A DNA stretch of 64,000 bases from a candidate division FCPU426 bacterium (lineage in GTDB: Bacteria; Oederibacteriota; Muellerivitia; Muellerivitales; Muellerivitaceae): positions 1,504,001 to 1,568,000 of the forward strand of contig CAWCKJ010000004.1 in the NCBI GenBank assembly GCA_963796105.1. The letters run 5' to 3'. Below, one piece after another: positions 43,323-53,459 of the stretch. Each line of letters opens with the position of its first letter. The first letter of the stretch is position 1. The position numbers and the translations under genes are program-made. Under the pieces are notes generated by a model. The model was given only the letters and a program-made list of their open reading frames with translations. It made no database searches and was not told the origin of the DNA.

Positions 43323-45606
43323 CGGCAGCCGCATTTTGCGGGAATACCAAATTACTCCCGGGCGCATCGAGGGGGTGGGGAGACCCAATAAGCCTTCGAT
43401 TGCCGATTATGTGTTGGTCTATCGAAACAACAAGATGGCCGTGGTGGAAGCCAAGGCTTGGGATGAGGAATTAACCGAAGGGGTTGGCCAGGCCAAGGCC
43501 TACGCGGACAAAATGGCTGTTCGGTTCGCCTATTCCACCAACGGCCAGGGCGTTTACCAGATCGACATGCAGACCGGCAAAGAGGGCAAGTTATCTGCTT
43601 TTCCAACGCCCGATCAGCTTTGGGCCGCGACTTTTTCCGAAGCGAACGCCTGGCGGGACCGTTTCTCCGAAGTGCCTTATGAGGACAAAAGCGGCAGTCA
43701 TCCATCGCGCTTTTACCAGGACATCGCCATTGACCGGGTGATGGAGGCTATCGCGGCAAAGAAAAACCGCATCCTGCTTACCCTGGCCACGGGAACGGGA
43801 AAGACCTTTATCGCATTCCAGATCGCCTGGAAACTTTTCCATAGCCGATGGAACCTGAGCGGCCAACCCACCCGCCGTCCCCGAATTCTTTTCCTCGCCG
43901 ACCGCAACAACCTGGCCGACCAGGCCTATAACGCTTTTTCCGCGTTTGCCGAGGACGCATTGGTTCGCATCAAGCCGGACGAGATCCGGAAAAAGGATCG
44001 GGTGCCGACTAACGGGAGCATCTTCTTCACGATTTTCCAAACTTTTATGAGCGGCCCGCCCAAGGAGGGGAAGCCGCCTGTCCCTCAAAGCCCAGCGGGC
44101 GTAGTGGGATCGCCCTATTTCGGCGATTACCCGAAAGATTTCTTCGATTTTATCGTGATTGACGAGTGCCATCGCGGAGGGGCGAACGATGAAAGCAATT
44201 GGCGCGGCATCATGGAATATTTTTCCCCGGCCGTGCAGTTGGGCCTCACGGCTACACCCAAGCGCCAGGAGAACGCGGATACCTACGCCTATTTCGGCGA
44301 ACCGGTTTATATCTATTCCCTGAAGGAAGGCATCAACGATGGGTTCCTCACACCCTTCAAGGTGCGGCAGATATCCACGACATTGGATGAATATGTCTAT
44401 ACCCAGGACGATAACGTTGTTGAGGGTGAAATCGAGGCGGGCAAAAGGTACACCGAGCCCGACTTCAACCGGATCATCGAAATCAAGGAACGCGAAGCCT
44501 ACCGGGTGAAACTGTTCATGGACCAGATCAACCAGAACGAGAAAACCCTGGTCTTTTGCGCCACGCAAGCCCACGCTTTGGCGGTTAGGGACCTGGTCAA
44601 TCAGATGAAGACCAGCACAGATCCCAACTATTGCCAAAGGGTCACGGCCGATGAGGGGGAACTTGGAAACCAGTACTTGCGGGATTTCCAGGACAACGAA
44701 AAGACCATCCCGACCATTTTGACCACTTCCCAGAAGCTCTCCACCGGGGTGGATGCCCGCAACGTGCGCAATATCGTGCTGATGAGGCCGATCAATTCCA
44801 TGATCGAGTTCAAGCAGATCATCGGCCGGGGGACCCGCCTTTATGACGGCAAGTATTACTTCACGGTTTACGACTTCGTGAAGGCCCACCACCACTTTAA
44901 CGACCCGGAATGGGACGGGGAACCACTGGAGCCGGAACCGAAAGAGCCGAAATACAAGGATGATCATCATCACCCGGGGGCGAGTGAAAAAAAGGCTGAA
45001 CATGATAGACCGCAAAGAGTCAAAATAAAACTCGCCGATGGGAAAGCCCGTACCATCCAATCAATGATGGTCACGAGTTTCTGGCATCCCGACGGGACTC
45101 CCATGAGCGCCCAACAATTCATGGAATTGCTATTCGGGAAATTACCAGGATTTTTCAAGAACGAGGCAGAGCTTCGCGCGATTTGGAGCGCGCCGGACAC
45201 GCGCCAGGGATTATTAGAAGGTCTTTCCGAGAAAGGTTTCGGGAAGGATCAACTTACCGAGATGCAAAAGATCATTGACGCGGAAAAGAGCGACTTATTT
45301 GATGTATTGGCTCACGTAGCTTATGCTTTGGCGCCCTTGACCCGCGAGGAACGAGCCCAAAAGGCAAAACCCCAGATCAGCGCCCAATTCAACGCCCACC
45401 AGCAGGCTTTCCTTGATTTCGTGCTCGACCATTATGTAAATGATGGGGTGGAAGAGTTGGAAACCTCGAAGCTGACGCCTCTTCTTCGCCTCAAGTACCA
45501 CAATGCTCTTCAAGACGCCTTGGCTGACCTAGGCCCAGCCGAAACAATCAATAAAATGTTCTTCGGCTTCCAGAAGTACCTTTACCAACCTGTAACATCG
45601 AACTGA
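43252..45606 (+). CDS. hsdR: Type I R-M restriction subunit (EcoAI/EcoEI-like)
   Basis: ADY...VVEAK nuclease motif, LATGTGKT, DECH, GLTATP, QIIGRGTR, EcoEI-type C-terminus. Confidence 0.96.
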   Translation: MNEAETRAEHIDPALKNAGWGVVDGSRILREYQITPGRIEGVGRPNKPSIADYVLVYRNNKMAVVEAKAWDEELTEGVGQAKAYADKMAVRFAYSTNGQGVYQIDMQTGKEGKLSAFPTPDQLWAATFSEANAWRDRFSEVPYEDKSGSHPSRFYQDIAIDRVMEAIAAKKNRILLTLATGTGKTFIAFQIAWKLFHSRWNLSGQPTRRPRILFLADRNNLADQAYNAFSAFAEDALVRIKPDEIRKKDRVPTNGSIFFTIFQTFMSGPPKEGKPPVPQSPAGVVGSPYFGDYPKDFFDFIVIDECHRGGANDESNWRGIMEYFSPAVQLGLTATPKRQENADTYAYFGEPVYIYSLKEGINDGFLTPFKVRQISTTLDEYVYTQDDNVVEGEIEAGKRYTEPDFNRIIEIKEREAYRVKLFMDQINQNEKTLVFCATQAHALAVRDLVNQMKTSTDPNYCQRVTADEGELGNQYLRDFQDNEKTIPTILTTSQKLSTGVDARNVRNIVLMRPINSMIEFKQIIGRGTRLYDGKYYFTVYDFVKAHHHFNDPEWDGEPLEPEPKEPKYKDDHHHPGASEKKAEHDRPQRVKIKLADGKARTIQSMMVTSFWHPDGTPMSAQQFMELLFGKLPGFFKNEAELRAIWSAPDTRQGLLEGLSEKGFGKDQLTEMQKIIDAEKSDLFDVLAHVAYALAPLTREERAQKAKPQISAQFNAHQQAFLDFVLDHYVNDGVEELETSKLTPLLRLKYHNALQDALADLGPAETINKMFFGFQKYLYQPVTSN

Positions 45607-45864
45607 AAAAAACCTAGTCCGAACTTGACCCAAATATCCTATGTCCGGAATTGTTCCGATATTTGTGTCTGAAATGGGAACTTATGGCCAATTAAGGCCA
45701 TTATTAAAAAATATGGTGGTATTGTCTTTTGGGTTGGGGGGTTATAATTTTAGTGAAAGAGCGTTAATAATATAGACGTCAAAAAAGACGATGCTATACT
45801 CACCCCCTTAAATTCAAGTTAAGTTCGCGAGTTCATTGCCGTTAGGGAATACAGGAGTTGCCTT

Positions 45865-46341
45865 ATGACCCGCTACCCATTGTTCTTTACCTACAGCTTT
45901 ACGATTCCCGGGAATAATTTTTTGGCCACCATCAGAATATCGAATGGACAGGCTCTGATGGTCCAAGACGAGGATGAGTGGTGGATGTACGGTGTTTGCC
46001 CCGGTTCTATCTCCGACGGCGGCGCTACGCCCCAAGAAGCTTATTTAAAATTCTGCGATACCTTCAAACAGATTCTGGAAGATATCGCTTTTGATAAACA
46101 CGATTTTCAGTCGTTTGAATCGGAAGTTAAAAGCTTTGTCCTGGCCGCGGATGCCAGCGAGCAAAAAGAGTGGTTAAACGCCCGGGAGTCGATACGTTCA
46201 GGACAAATACAGCCGGAGGGCCCATTTAAGGATTTAAAGCGCATTACGACCGATCCTGGCGTAATGGTTACGGTGTCGTGCCTAGACGTTAAAAAATCTT
46301 TTGAAGTTGCGGCCGATAACCAATTAGCTGCCGCGGCTTGA
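45865..46341 (+). CDS. HicB-like protein (putative antitoxin)
   Basis: WW.YG..PG.....GATPQEA RNase H-like HicB pattern; ends one base before the next ORF. Confidence 0.5.
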   Translation: MTRYPLFFTYSFTIPGNNFLATIRISNGQALMVQDEDEWWMYGVCPGSISDGGATPQEAYLKFCDTFKQILEDIAFDKHDFQSFESEVKSFVLAADASEQKEWLNARESIRSGQIQPEGPFKDLKRITTDPGVMVTVSCLDVKKSFEVAADNQLAAAA

Positions 46342-46342
46342 G

Positions 46343-46618
46343 TTGACCTCGACTGGTCAATGCCGCCTAAGCATTATCAGGGAAATGCTGGAACATTGCG
46401 TCCCGGGTTCTCATTTGGAGTTAAAAAAACATCATTATTGGGTTTATTGCCCTGGAAAAGAAATTTTCAGGGATTTGCCCAAGGGGGAACATGGTGCGCA
46501 AGACCCGGAAATCCAAATGGGAAAAATCAAGAAAATGGTCCGGTTTCTTGGGATAGAAGAATGCGCATCCGGTTTTATCCCGGGAATAAAGTTCAAGCAA
46601 ACCGCATCGGAAGGTTAA
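46343..46618 (+). CDS. HicA-like small protein (putative toxin)
   Basis: HHYWVY...LP..H...EI..G.IKKM...LGI pattern; TTG start. Confidence 0.5.
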   Translation: MTSTGQCRLSIIREMLEHCVPGSHLELKKHHYWVYCPGKEIFRDLPKGEHGAQDPEIQMGKIKKMVRFLGIEECASGFIPGIKFKQTASEG

Positions 46619-46653
46619 CCACATGAGTATTTCCAGGGAAGAAAATTAACACT

Positions 46654-47259
46654 ATGGCTACCCCGTTCCAATACCGGAAAATCACCCAAGCGATAAATTT
46701 TTTCGCTGAAAAAGAAAATAATAAAACCATCAACGTCACAAAAGTCGTAAAACTCCTCTGGGCCGCCGATCGATATCACTTACGTAAATACGGAAGATTA
46801 TTAACTTGCGATAATTACGTCGCGATGGAAAGGGGCCCGGTGGGTTCAACGGTTAAAGACATCGCGGAAGAAAGCAATTTTTTACCCGCCGGCATTGATT
46901 CATATTCGACCAAATACCTGAAGCCTAGGCAATATGTGACCCAGTCATGCCGTGAAGCCGATATGAAAGTGTTTTCACAAACTGATATTGAAGCTTTGGA
47001 ATTTGCCAATACTAATTTTGGCTCCATGTCCCAAAGCGAATTAACGCATTTATCACATCAATATCCGGAATGGAAAAGATTCGAGGGGAAATTAAAGTCC
47101 AAAGCTAGTTTGAAAGAAGATATCGACTTCCTTGATTTCTTTCTCGATCCAAACCCTGAAAACGTCCCGGACGATAAATTCAAAATGGATGACGAGCTTT
47201 TAGCTTTAAGCAAGGATATTTTCTCTGAAGAGACTGAAATTACGGGTTTGCTTTCTTGA
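46654..47259 (+). CDS. Panacea/DUF4065 (SocA-like) antitoxin-domain protein
   Basis: KVVKLLWAADRYHLRKYGR.L..D.Y.AM..GPV, L..LSH.YPEW. Confidence 0.85.
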   Translation: MATPFQYRKITQAINFFAEKENNKTINVTKVVKLLWAADRYHLRKYGRLLTCDNYVAMERGPVGSTVKDIAEESNFLPAGIDSYSTKYLKPRQYVTQSCREADMKVFSQTDIEALEFANTNFGSMSQSELTHLSHQYPEWKRFEGKLKSKASLKEDIDFLDFFLDPNPENVPDDKFKMDDELLALSKDIFSEETEITGLLS

Positions 47260-47265
47260 AAAATC

Positions 47266-47700
47266 ATGACACTTACACCGGAAGAATTAAATGATTATAT
47301 TTTTCCAGGTTCCGTACTTCGCTTAAGCAATTCCAATACCTTTTCCGTAGAACCCCATTACCATATCATCCTGAATAAAAATCCGCTAACTGATCCGGAC
47401 ATAGTCATGGTTATTGCTTCGACCAACATCGAGGGAAGATTGCGGCATGCGCAAAAAACAGGCAAGGCTCCATCGACATTGTTGATTTTTGAAAATAAAG
47501 ATTGTTCTTTTTTAAGCGAGGAATCTATTTTTGATTGTAATTCGCCCTCCGCCATTTCCTTGAGCGCCCTTTATGACAAATATAATTGTGGGGAATGGAC
47601 AATTAAGAATAAATTTTCAGTGTCACCTGAGATATTGGAGAAATTTAGAAATGCGGTTCGGCTTAGCGCTGCTGCGGCCTATTTTAAGGAATTGCTTTAA
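47266..47700 (+). CDS. Hypothetical protein, possibly PemK/MazF-like toxin
   Basis: PGSVL...PHYHIILN...VMVIAST...FL.E.S..DC; directly after the Panacea gene. Confidence 0.5.
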   Translation: MTLTPEELNDYIFPGSVLRLSNSNTFSVEPHYHIILNKNPLTDPDIVMVIASTNIEGRLRHAQKTGKAPSTLLIFENKDCSFLSEESIFDCNSPSAISLSALYDKYNCGEWTIKNKFSVSPEILEKFRNAVRLSAAAAYFKELL

Positions 47701-47784
47701 GGGCGAAATGCCATGGTTTCGGGCCTCAATTTCATTGGAAAGTATTCCTGAAGCAGTTAAAACCTCTTAAGCACCGGTTGTAAT

Positions 47785-48432
47785 TCAATGCAATAGATCG
47801 GTCAATTGATTGAGGGAATCCACCAGCCAATCGGGATGAAGAGAAACCAGCTTTTCCTTGGGAACAAATCCATGGGCCACCAGTCCCACCCTCAAACCTG
47901 CGGCGCGGGCCGCCTCTAGGTCCACAGACGAATCACCGATCATCACCGCCTCTTCCTGGGTTACTCCCAATTTTTTCAATACTTTTAGCAAGGGGTCCGG
48001 GTTGGGTTTCTTATTCTGGGTAGCGTCCGCCCCCAGTACCGCCGTAAAGAAATGAAACAAGCCCAGTTTTTGAAGGGTTAATTGGGTGAGCTCATGGGGT
48101 TTGTTGGAAACCAGCCCCAGCTTTATCCCCCGGCTCACCAGCGATTCCAGCAATTCCCTGGTGCCCGGAAATACGATGGTTTGATCCACGCAATGCACCT
48201 TGTAATGATCCCCGAGGACCTTCAACCCTTCCGCGAGAATGGCGGGGTCCTCCGTGCCAAGCGCTTTCTTGTTCAAGTGCTCGACGCCCCAGCCGATGTA
48301 GCCCACCAGTGTTTCCAAATCCAGGGGAACCATACCGAAATGCAGGCGCGCGGCGTTCGCGGCGGCGGCGATGTCTTTTTTTGAGTCAATGAGGGTTCCA
48401 TCCAGATCAAACAGTACCGCTTTGAGTTTCAT
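47785..48432 (-). CDS. gph: HAD-family phosphatase (phosphoglycolate phosphatase-like)
   Basis: FDLDGTLIDS, SNKP, KPNPDP, MIGDS..D. Confidence 0.85.
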   Translation of the reverse strand: MKLKAVLFDLDGTLIDSKKDIAAAANAARLHFGMVPLDLETLVGYIGWGVEHLNKKALGTEDPAILAEGLKVLGDHYKVHCVDQTIVFPGTRELLESLVSRGIKLGLVSNKPHELTQLTLQKLGLFHFFTAVLGADATQNKKPNPDPLLKVLKKLGVTQEEAVMIGDSSVDLEAARAAGLRVGLVAHGFVPKEKLVSLHPDWLVDSLNQLTDLLH

Positions 48433-48500
48433 TTATAGGCCCTTTCATTTTTGAAATACTTTATAGACCGATGATTTATAACAACAAAAATATTAAATTT

Positions 48501-48603
48501 CACCACAGGTTCTTTCAGAACCACAAAGGCACAGTAGGGAAAAGCCTAATGTTTTAAAGACTTAAACCCAACGAAGACTTACTTCGGTGCGAAACCCCAC
48601 TGT
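48501..48603 (+). repeat. REP-like element (CACCACAG...GGCACAG family)
   Basis: First 36 bp nearly identical to 51416-51451; shared CGGTGCGAA. Confidence 0.65.
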
Positions 48604-48887
48604 TTAAAAAAGCAATTTAGTGAGGACCTCATAAATAATTATATGGTGATTCCATGCATGGCAACCTAAGTTCTTGGATTAAATGTTACAACTTCATCTC
48701 ACCACAGGGACTCAGGGTCTCAGCTAAAAACTACTAACTTTCACCACGGCTGTGCTCTTGGCGCGATCTAAATATCACAAAGTGGGGTATTGTCAAAGGC
48801 CGGGGTCGTTGTAGTTTTCGAGGGGCCTGCTAAAATAACGGCTCTGTTCGAGTTGTGTTGAATAACGCGTTAAACAGGAAAATCGCC

Positions 48888-50087
48888 ATGAAACAACTTA
48901 CACTTCCGCTTCCCCTGGGTTATATCGCCTCCGGCGTCCACGCGGGATTGAAGAAAGACCGCAGGTTAGACCTGGCGTTAATTTGCTCCACTCTGCCGGC
49001 ACAGGCCGTTGGAATGGTCACCACCAACCGCGTGAAGGCCGCCCCGGCCCGGCATACCGAAAAGGCCCTGAAGGCCGGACATGCAATCCAGGCGGCCGTG
49101 GTCACAACGGCAAACGCCAACGCCTTGACGGGCAAGCAGGGGGAGAAGGACGTGCAAACCACCGTCAAATCCGCGGCCCATCTTTTGGGTTTAAACGAAA
49201 AATCGGTCCTGATGCATTCCACGGGAGTCATCGGGGTGCCTTTGCCCATGCCCAAAGTATTGACGGGATTGAGGCATGCGGTTCTTTGCCTGAATCGAAA
49301 GGGCGGGATGGACGCGGCCAACGCCATTATGACCACGGATACCTTCGCGAAGGTTTCCGCCAGACCCTTTTCGGTTGGCGGTAAAAACGCCTGGCTGACG
49401 GGAATGGCCAAGGGTTCTGGAATGATTCATCCGAACATGGCCACGATGCTGGTTTATCTATTGACGGATGCCGCCATCACCCGGCCGCTTTTACACAAAG
49501 CCCTCCGGGAGGCGGTTGAGGAAAGCTTCCACCGGATCACCGTGGACGGGGATGTTTCCACCAACGATTCAGTGCTGTTGCTGGCCAACGGAGCCTGCTC
49601 CAACAAGCCCTTGGCTACAGTGGGGGCGGATTACCGGAATTTCGTGAAAGTCCTCAGCGAGGTCTGCCTGGACCTGGCGAAAGCCGTCGTGAGGGACGGG
49701 GAAGGCGCGACTAAATTCGTTACCATCACGGTTCGGGGAGCAAAGTCGGATTCGGACGCTTACCTGGCGGCCATGGCGGCGGCCAAATCCCCCCTGGTAA
49801 AAACCGCCCTGTTCGGGGCGGACCCCAACTGGGGAAGGGTCCTGGCAGCCGTGGGTTATTCCGGGGCGCAGGCGGAAGAGTACAAGTCGAAAGTCTGGAT
49901 CGGGGGCTACCGGGTTTACGACCGGGGGAAAAAAGTGGCCTGGTCGAGGGAAAGATTGAAAAAAATCCTTCAGGGAAACAACGTGGATATCGCGGTGGAC
50001 CTGGGCCTGGGCAAGGGAAAATGTACCGTTTACACATGCGACCTGACGGATGGTTACATCGACATCAACGGCCGTTATACGACCTAA
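48888..50087 (+). CDS. argJ: Bifunctional ornithine acetyltransferase/N-acetylglutamate synthase
   Basis: STGVIG, AIMTTDT, KGSGMIHPNMATML, DVSTND, DGEGATK, DPNWGR. Confidence 0.97.
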   Translation: MKQLTLPLPLGYIASGVHAGLKKDRRLDLALICSTLPAQAVGMVTTNRVKAAPARHTEKALKAGHAIQAAVVTTANANALTGKQGEKDVQTTVKSAAHLLGLNEKSVLMHSTGVIGVPLPMPKVLTGLRHAVLCLNRKGGMDAANAIMTTDTFAKVSARPFSVGGKNAWLTGMAKGSGMIHPNMATMLVYLLTDAAITRPLLHKALREAVEESFHRITVDGDVSTNDSVLLLANGACSNKPLATVGADYRNFVKVLSEVCLDLAKAVVRDGEGATKFVTITVRGAKSDSDAYLAAMAAAKSPLVKTALFGADPNWGRVLAAVGYSGAQAEEYKSKVWIGGYRVYDRGKKVAWSRERLKKILQGNNVDIAVDLGLGKGKCTVYTCDLTDGYIDINGRYTT

Positions 50088-50143
50088 AAGTTCAAATCGT
50101 AAATTCATTCCGGGTTAACTGTTTCGGTGCAACTTCAGTTAGT

Positions 50144-50302
50144 TGTCATTGCGAGAAGCGTTTAATTCCTTGGTTTAAGCGACGAAGCAACCCCGGTTTA
50201 TGCGTTCTAAATACGCCTATACTAAGTTTTAATCTTAGAATAATGGCAAACAACCCATAGACTTGGGTTGCTTCGCTTCATAATTCGAAGCTCGCAATGA
50301 CA
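50144..50302. repeat. Palindromic REP-like element TGTCATTGCGAG...CTCGCAATGACA
   Basis: 12-bp terminal inverted repeat plus inner CGAAGCAACCC/GGGTTGCTTCG. Confidence 0.8.
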
Positions 50303-50361
50303 TCTTAAAGATGAAGGCTTTTTATAAAAATCGGATGGAGTGATTGAAGTAGGAGAGACGA

Positions 50362-51405
50362 TTGAAAAAACCAAAAAACCAAAAGGGCGCTATCGGGGAA
50401 ATCGGTGAATTCGGGTTCATCGGGAGAATCAGGACCCTCTTAAAGTCCGACCATCCCTCCGTCATCCAGGGTTTGGGAGACGATGCCGCCATCTTCAAGC
50501 CCTCGGCGGGCCACGAACTGATCTTCACCACCGACATGTTAGTGGAGGGCCGTCACTTCGATTTCCGCTACATCACGCCCTGGCAATTGGGAGCCAAAAC
50601 CATGGCGGTCAACCTGAGCGACTGCGCGGCCATGGGAGCGAAACCCACCGTGGCGGTGCTTTCACTCGGGGTGCCTTCATCTTTTCCCGTGAAGGACTTA
50701 GAAGCCTTTTATGACGGCCTCAAGGGATGGGGGGAATCCTACGGGGCCAGGGTCGTGGGCGGCGACACGGTCGGAAGCGAAAAGTTCATCGTGAACCTGG
50801 CCTTGATCGGCGAGATTGAGCCGGGAAGATCCTTATTGAGAAGCGGGGCCAAAGCGGGGGACTCGGTCCTAGTGACAGGCACCCTGGGTGATTCCGCCGC
50901 CGGGCTTCACGCCCTCAGCCATCCCTCCCGGAAGGCCCAGGAAGCCGTTCCGCTTTTGGTCAAACGGCACCTGACGCCTGTACCGCGTTTCAACGTAGGC
51001 CGGTACCTTTCCACGAAGAGACTGGCGACCTCCGCCATTGATATCTCGGACGGCCTTTCCAGCGAGATTAACCATTTGTGCCGTGAATCCGGCGTGGGCG
51101 CGGAGATTCAAGAGGATGCCATTCCGCTTTCCATCGCCTTGATCCACTATTGCCATCAGAACAAGTTGAAACCGTTGGATTTCGCCTTGCGGGGCGGGGA
51201 AGACTACGAGCTTTTATTCACCGTGAAGACTTCCCTGGCCGAGCGAGTCTCCCATGAGCTATCCGCGGAAACGGGCGCGCCGGTTCATATCATCGGGAAG
51301 ATGGTTTCCGCTTCCAAAGGGGTTCAACTCATCACCCGCGGGGGAAAAAGAAAATCCTTAAAGCCATCCGGCTATGATCATTTTTCGGGTTTGAAGAAAT
51401 CTTAA
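50362..51405 (+). CDS. thiL: Thiamine-monophosphate kinase
   Basis: GEFGFI, GDDAA, TDMLVEGRHF, NLSD.AAMG, GGDT, DISDGL, GGEDYEL. Confidence 0.96.
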   Translation: MKKPKNQKGAIGEIGEFGFIGRIRTLLKSDHPSVIQGLGDDAAIFKPSAGHELIFTTDMLVEGRHFDFRYITPWQLGAKTMAVNLSDCAAMGAKPTVAVLSLGVPSSFPVKDLEAFYDGLKGWGESYGARVVGGDTVGSEKFIVNLALIGEIEPGRSLLRSGAKAGDSVLVTGTLGDSAAGLHALSHPSRKAQEAVPLLVKRHLTPVPRFNVGRYLSTKRLATSAIDISDGLSSEINHLCRESGVGAEIQEDAIPLSIALIHYCHQNKLKPLDFALRGGEDYELLFTVKTSLAERVSHELSAETGAPVHIIGKMVSASKGVQLITRGGKRKSLKPSGYDHFSGLKKS

Positions 51406-51415
51406 AAACCAAATC

Positions 51416-51558
51416 CACCACAGGTTCCTTCGGAACCACAAAGGCACAGTAAAAAATGACCGCGAAAGACAAAGGATTAAAACTGTGCCTCGCCTCTTAT
51501 CCTTGTTATCTCAATATAGCCCAGCAAGTCACTGTGCGGTGCGAAGCACCGCTGTGGT
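51416..51558 (+). repeat. REP-like element (CACCACAG...CTGTGGT family)
   Basis: ACCACAG/CTGTGGT ends; GGCACAGT/ACTGTGCC inner pair; related to 48501-48603. Confidence 0.65.
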
Positions 51559-51601
51559 AAAAATGAATTTTTTTGAAAGTCCTTAATAACAGGGGTTCTT
51601 T

Positions 51602-52075
51602 TTGCTGACCACGAGTTTTAACTGCGAGACGCCGGAACAGACTCTCCAACTGGGGGAGCTGATCGGCTCCAAGGCATTGCGGGGCGAAGTCTGGTGTCTC
51701 AAGGGTTCCTTGGGGGCCGGCAAAACCCTTTTGGTGAAAGGCTTAGCCAAGGGGCTGGGTTATGAGGGTATGGTGACCTCTCCCACCTTCACGCTCCAGC
51801 ATATTTATGAGGGGCGGCTGGCGCTTTACCATTTCGATTGGTACAGGCTTTCGAGCCCCTCGGAGGTGCAGGGCCTGGGCTGGGAGGAGTGGCTGGAGCG
51901 CGGCGGGGTGGTGGCGGTGGAGTGGGGCGATAAATTCCCGAAACTCATGCCCGAAAAAACCCTTACAATGGAAATTGAAATTCTCTCGGACACAGTCAGG
52001 CGCGTGACGCTGGAAGCCGGGCATCCCGGAAGCATCCAGCGATTGGAGGAATTGATTAAATGCTGGCCGCCCTAG
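51602..52075 (+). CDS. tsaE: tRNA t6A biosynthesis ATPase
   Basis: GSLGAGKT, VTSPTF, HFDWYRL, VEW. Confidence 0.95.
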   Translation: MLTTSFNCETPEQTLQLGELIGSKALRGEVWCLKGSLGAGKTLLVKGLAKGLGYEGMVTSPTFTLQHIYEGRLALYHFDWYRLSSPSEVQGLGWEEWLERGGVVAVEWGDKFPKLMPEKTLTMEIEILSDTVRRVTLEAGHPGSIQRLEELIKCWPP

Positions 52076-52749
52076 AAACATCGACGCGATTTTCAAGCGT
52101 AGCCCTTCTCGACTTGGTCACGGGCGAGGAAATCGCCGAATGCTCCCTGCCCGCGGGTTGGGAGAGCTCATCGACCCTAGTTCCGGCCCTGGAAACACTC
52201 CTTCAACAGAAGGGATTTGATCCCAGGGACCTGGACGCGGTGGCGGTATCCACCGGGCCCGGAAGTTTCACGGGCATCCGGGTGGGCATGGCCACGGCGC
52301 AAGGCCTCTGCCTTCCCTCCAACCTCCTGGCTTATGGAGTCAATACCCTGGACGGTTTGGCGGAAAATCTCCGGCAAGCTGAGATGCTGGGGGAGGCCCT
52401 TTGCCTCCTGGACGCACAAAGGGGTGAGTGTTTTACGGGGCATTACCTAATTGAGCAGGAGGGTTTCCGCCACCTGAGTCCCCCGGGAATCATGAGCGTG
52501 GACATGATGCCGGCCCTGCTGAAAGAACGGGCCTGGATCGTCGGCCCAGGCGCCTTGAAATTCGAGAAAGACATCCGGGAATGCATGGGGTCCAGCGCCA
52601 TGTTCGCTTTCACGTCCCTTCACCAACCCAAAGCCATGAGCATCGCCCGTATCGCCTACCGGCGTTGGAGGGATGGAATCCGCTCGACCGTTGACCAGTT
52701 GGAGCCCCTTTACCTGCGCCCCCCAGCCGTGGATGAACAAAAAAATTAG
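52060..52749 (+). CDS. tsaB: tRNA t6A biosynthesis protein
   Basis: ALETST, GPGSFTGIRVG, DAQRGE, EPLYLR. Confidence 0.95.
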   Translation: MLAALETSTRFSSVALLDLVTGEEIAECSLPAGWESSSTLVPALETLLQQKGFDPRDLDAVAVSTGPGSFTGIRVGMATAQGLCLPSNLLAYGVNTLDGLAENLRQAEMLGEALCLLDAQRGECFTGHYLIEQEGFRHLSPPGIMSVDMMPALLKERAWIVGPGALKFEKDIRECMGSSAMFAFTSLHQPKAMSIARIAYRRWRDGIRSTVDQLEPLYLRPPAVDEQKN

Positions 52750-52903
52750 GAGTTGGCAGGGAGGAATTAGAAGTTGAAAAATTTCAAATATTCACCCACG
52801 ACAAACAAAATCCCATTATGCTTTCGAGGAAAAGGAAACCAAAGAAATTGAGCCGAAAATTATTCCCCTTAATTCCTAATTCCTCATTTCTCATTCCTAA
52901 TTC
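52744..52903. repeat. Inverted heptamer repeat clusters (AATTAGG / CCTAATT type)
   Basis: 7-bp periodic runs at about 52744-52775 and complementary runs at about 52872-52903. Confidence 0.6.
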
Positions 52904-52909
52904 GCCATC

Positions 52910-53359
52910 ATGATCTTCAGGCCCATGCTGTTGGAAGACCTGGACCAAGTGGCGGAGATTGAGAAAAATTCCATGCCCTCCCCCTGGTCCAAGGAATTGT
53001 TCGAGGAAGAACTCCACCGGGATTTGGCGCATTATTTCGTCATGGAAGAGGATGGGAAGGTCGCGGGTTACATGGGCTATTGGGAAGCCCCCCAGGAAGC
53101 CCATATCATCACTTTGGCGGTTCATTCCGGATACCGGTCCAAGGGTTTGGGAAGCAGGATCATCCAACAATGCCTTGCTTATGCCTTCAAGCGGGGGGCC
53201 AGGCTGGCAACCCTGGAAGTTCGGGAAGGCAATGAGGCGGCCAGGGGCCTCTATGAGAAATGCGGGTTTCGGTTCATCGCGATCCGTAAAAAATATTACA
53301 GTGACAACCTGGAAGACGCGATTGTGATGATCCGGGAACTTACGGATGAAACGGCCTGA
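52910..53359 (+). CDS. rimI: Ribosomal protein S18 N-acetyltransferase
   Basis: PWS, EAHI..LAV..R.KG.G, LEVR.GN..A..LY...GF, RKKYY, EDA. Confidence 0.92.
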   Translation: MIFRPMLLEDLDQVAEIEKNSMPSPWSKELFEEELHRDLAHYFVMEEDGKVAGYMGYWEAPQEAHIITLAVHSGYRSKGLGSRIIQQCLAYAFKRGARLATLEVREGNEAARGLYEKCGFRFIAIRKKYYSDNLEDAIVMIRELTDETA

Positions 53360-53459
53360 GGGACTGAATAGAGTTTTATTTTTGAAATCAATGATCTATC
53401 ACGAGAATATTTAGTATATAGCTTTGTTTTAATACCGACATTTTGTTAAAAGGTCATTC

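Noticed and set aside
50090..50360. TPP riboswitch upstream of thiL
   Set aside because: No CTGAGA...ACCTGA core; the structure is the TGTCATTGCGAG palindromic repeat.
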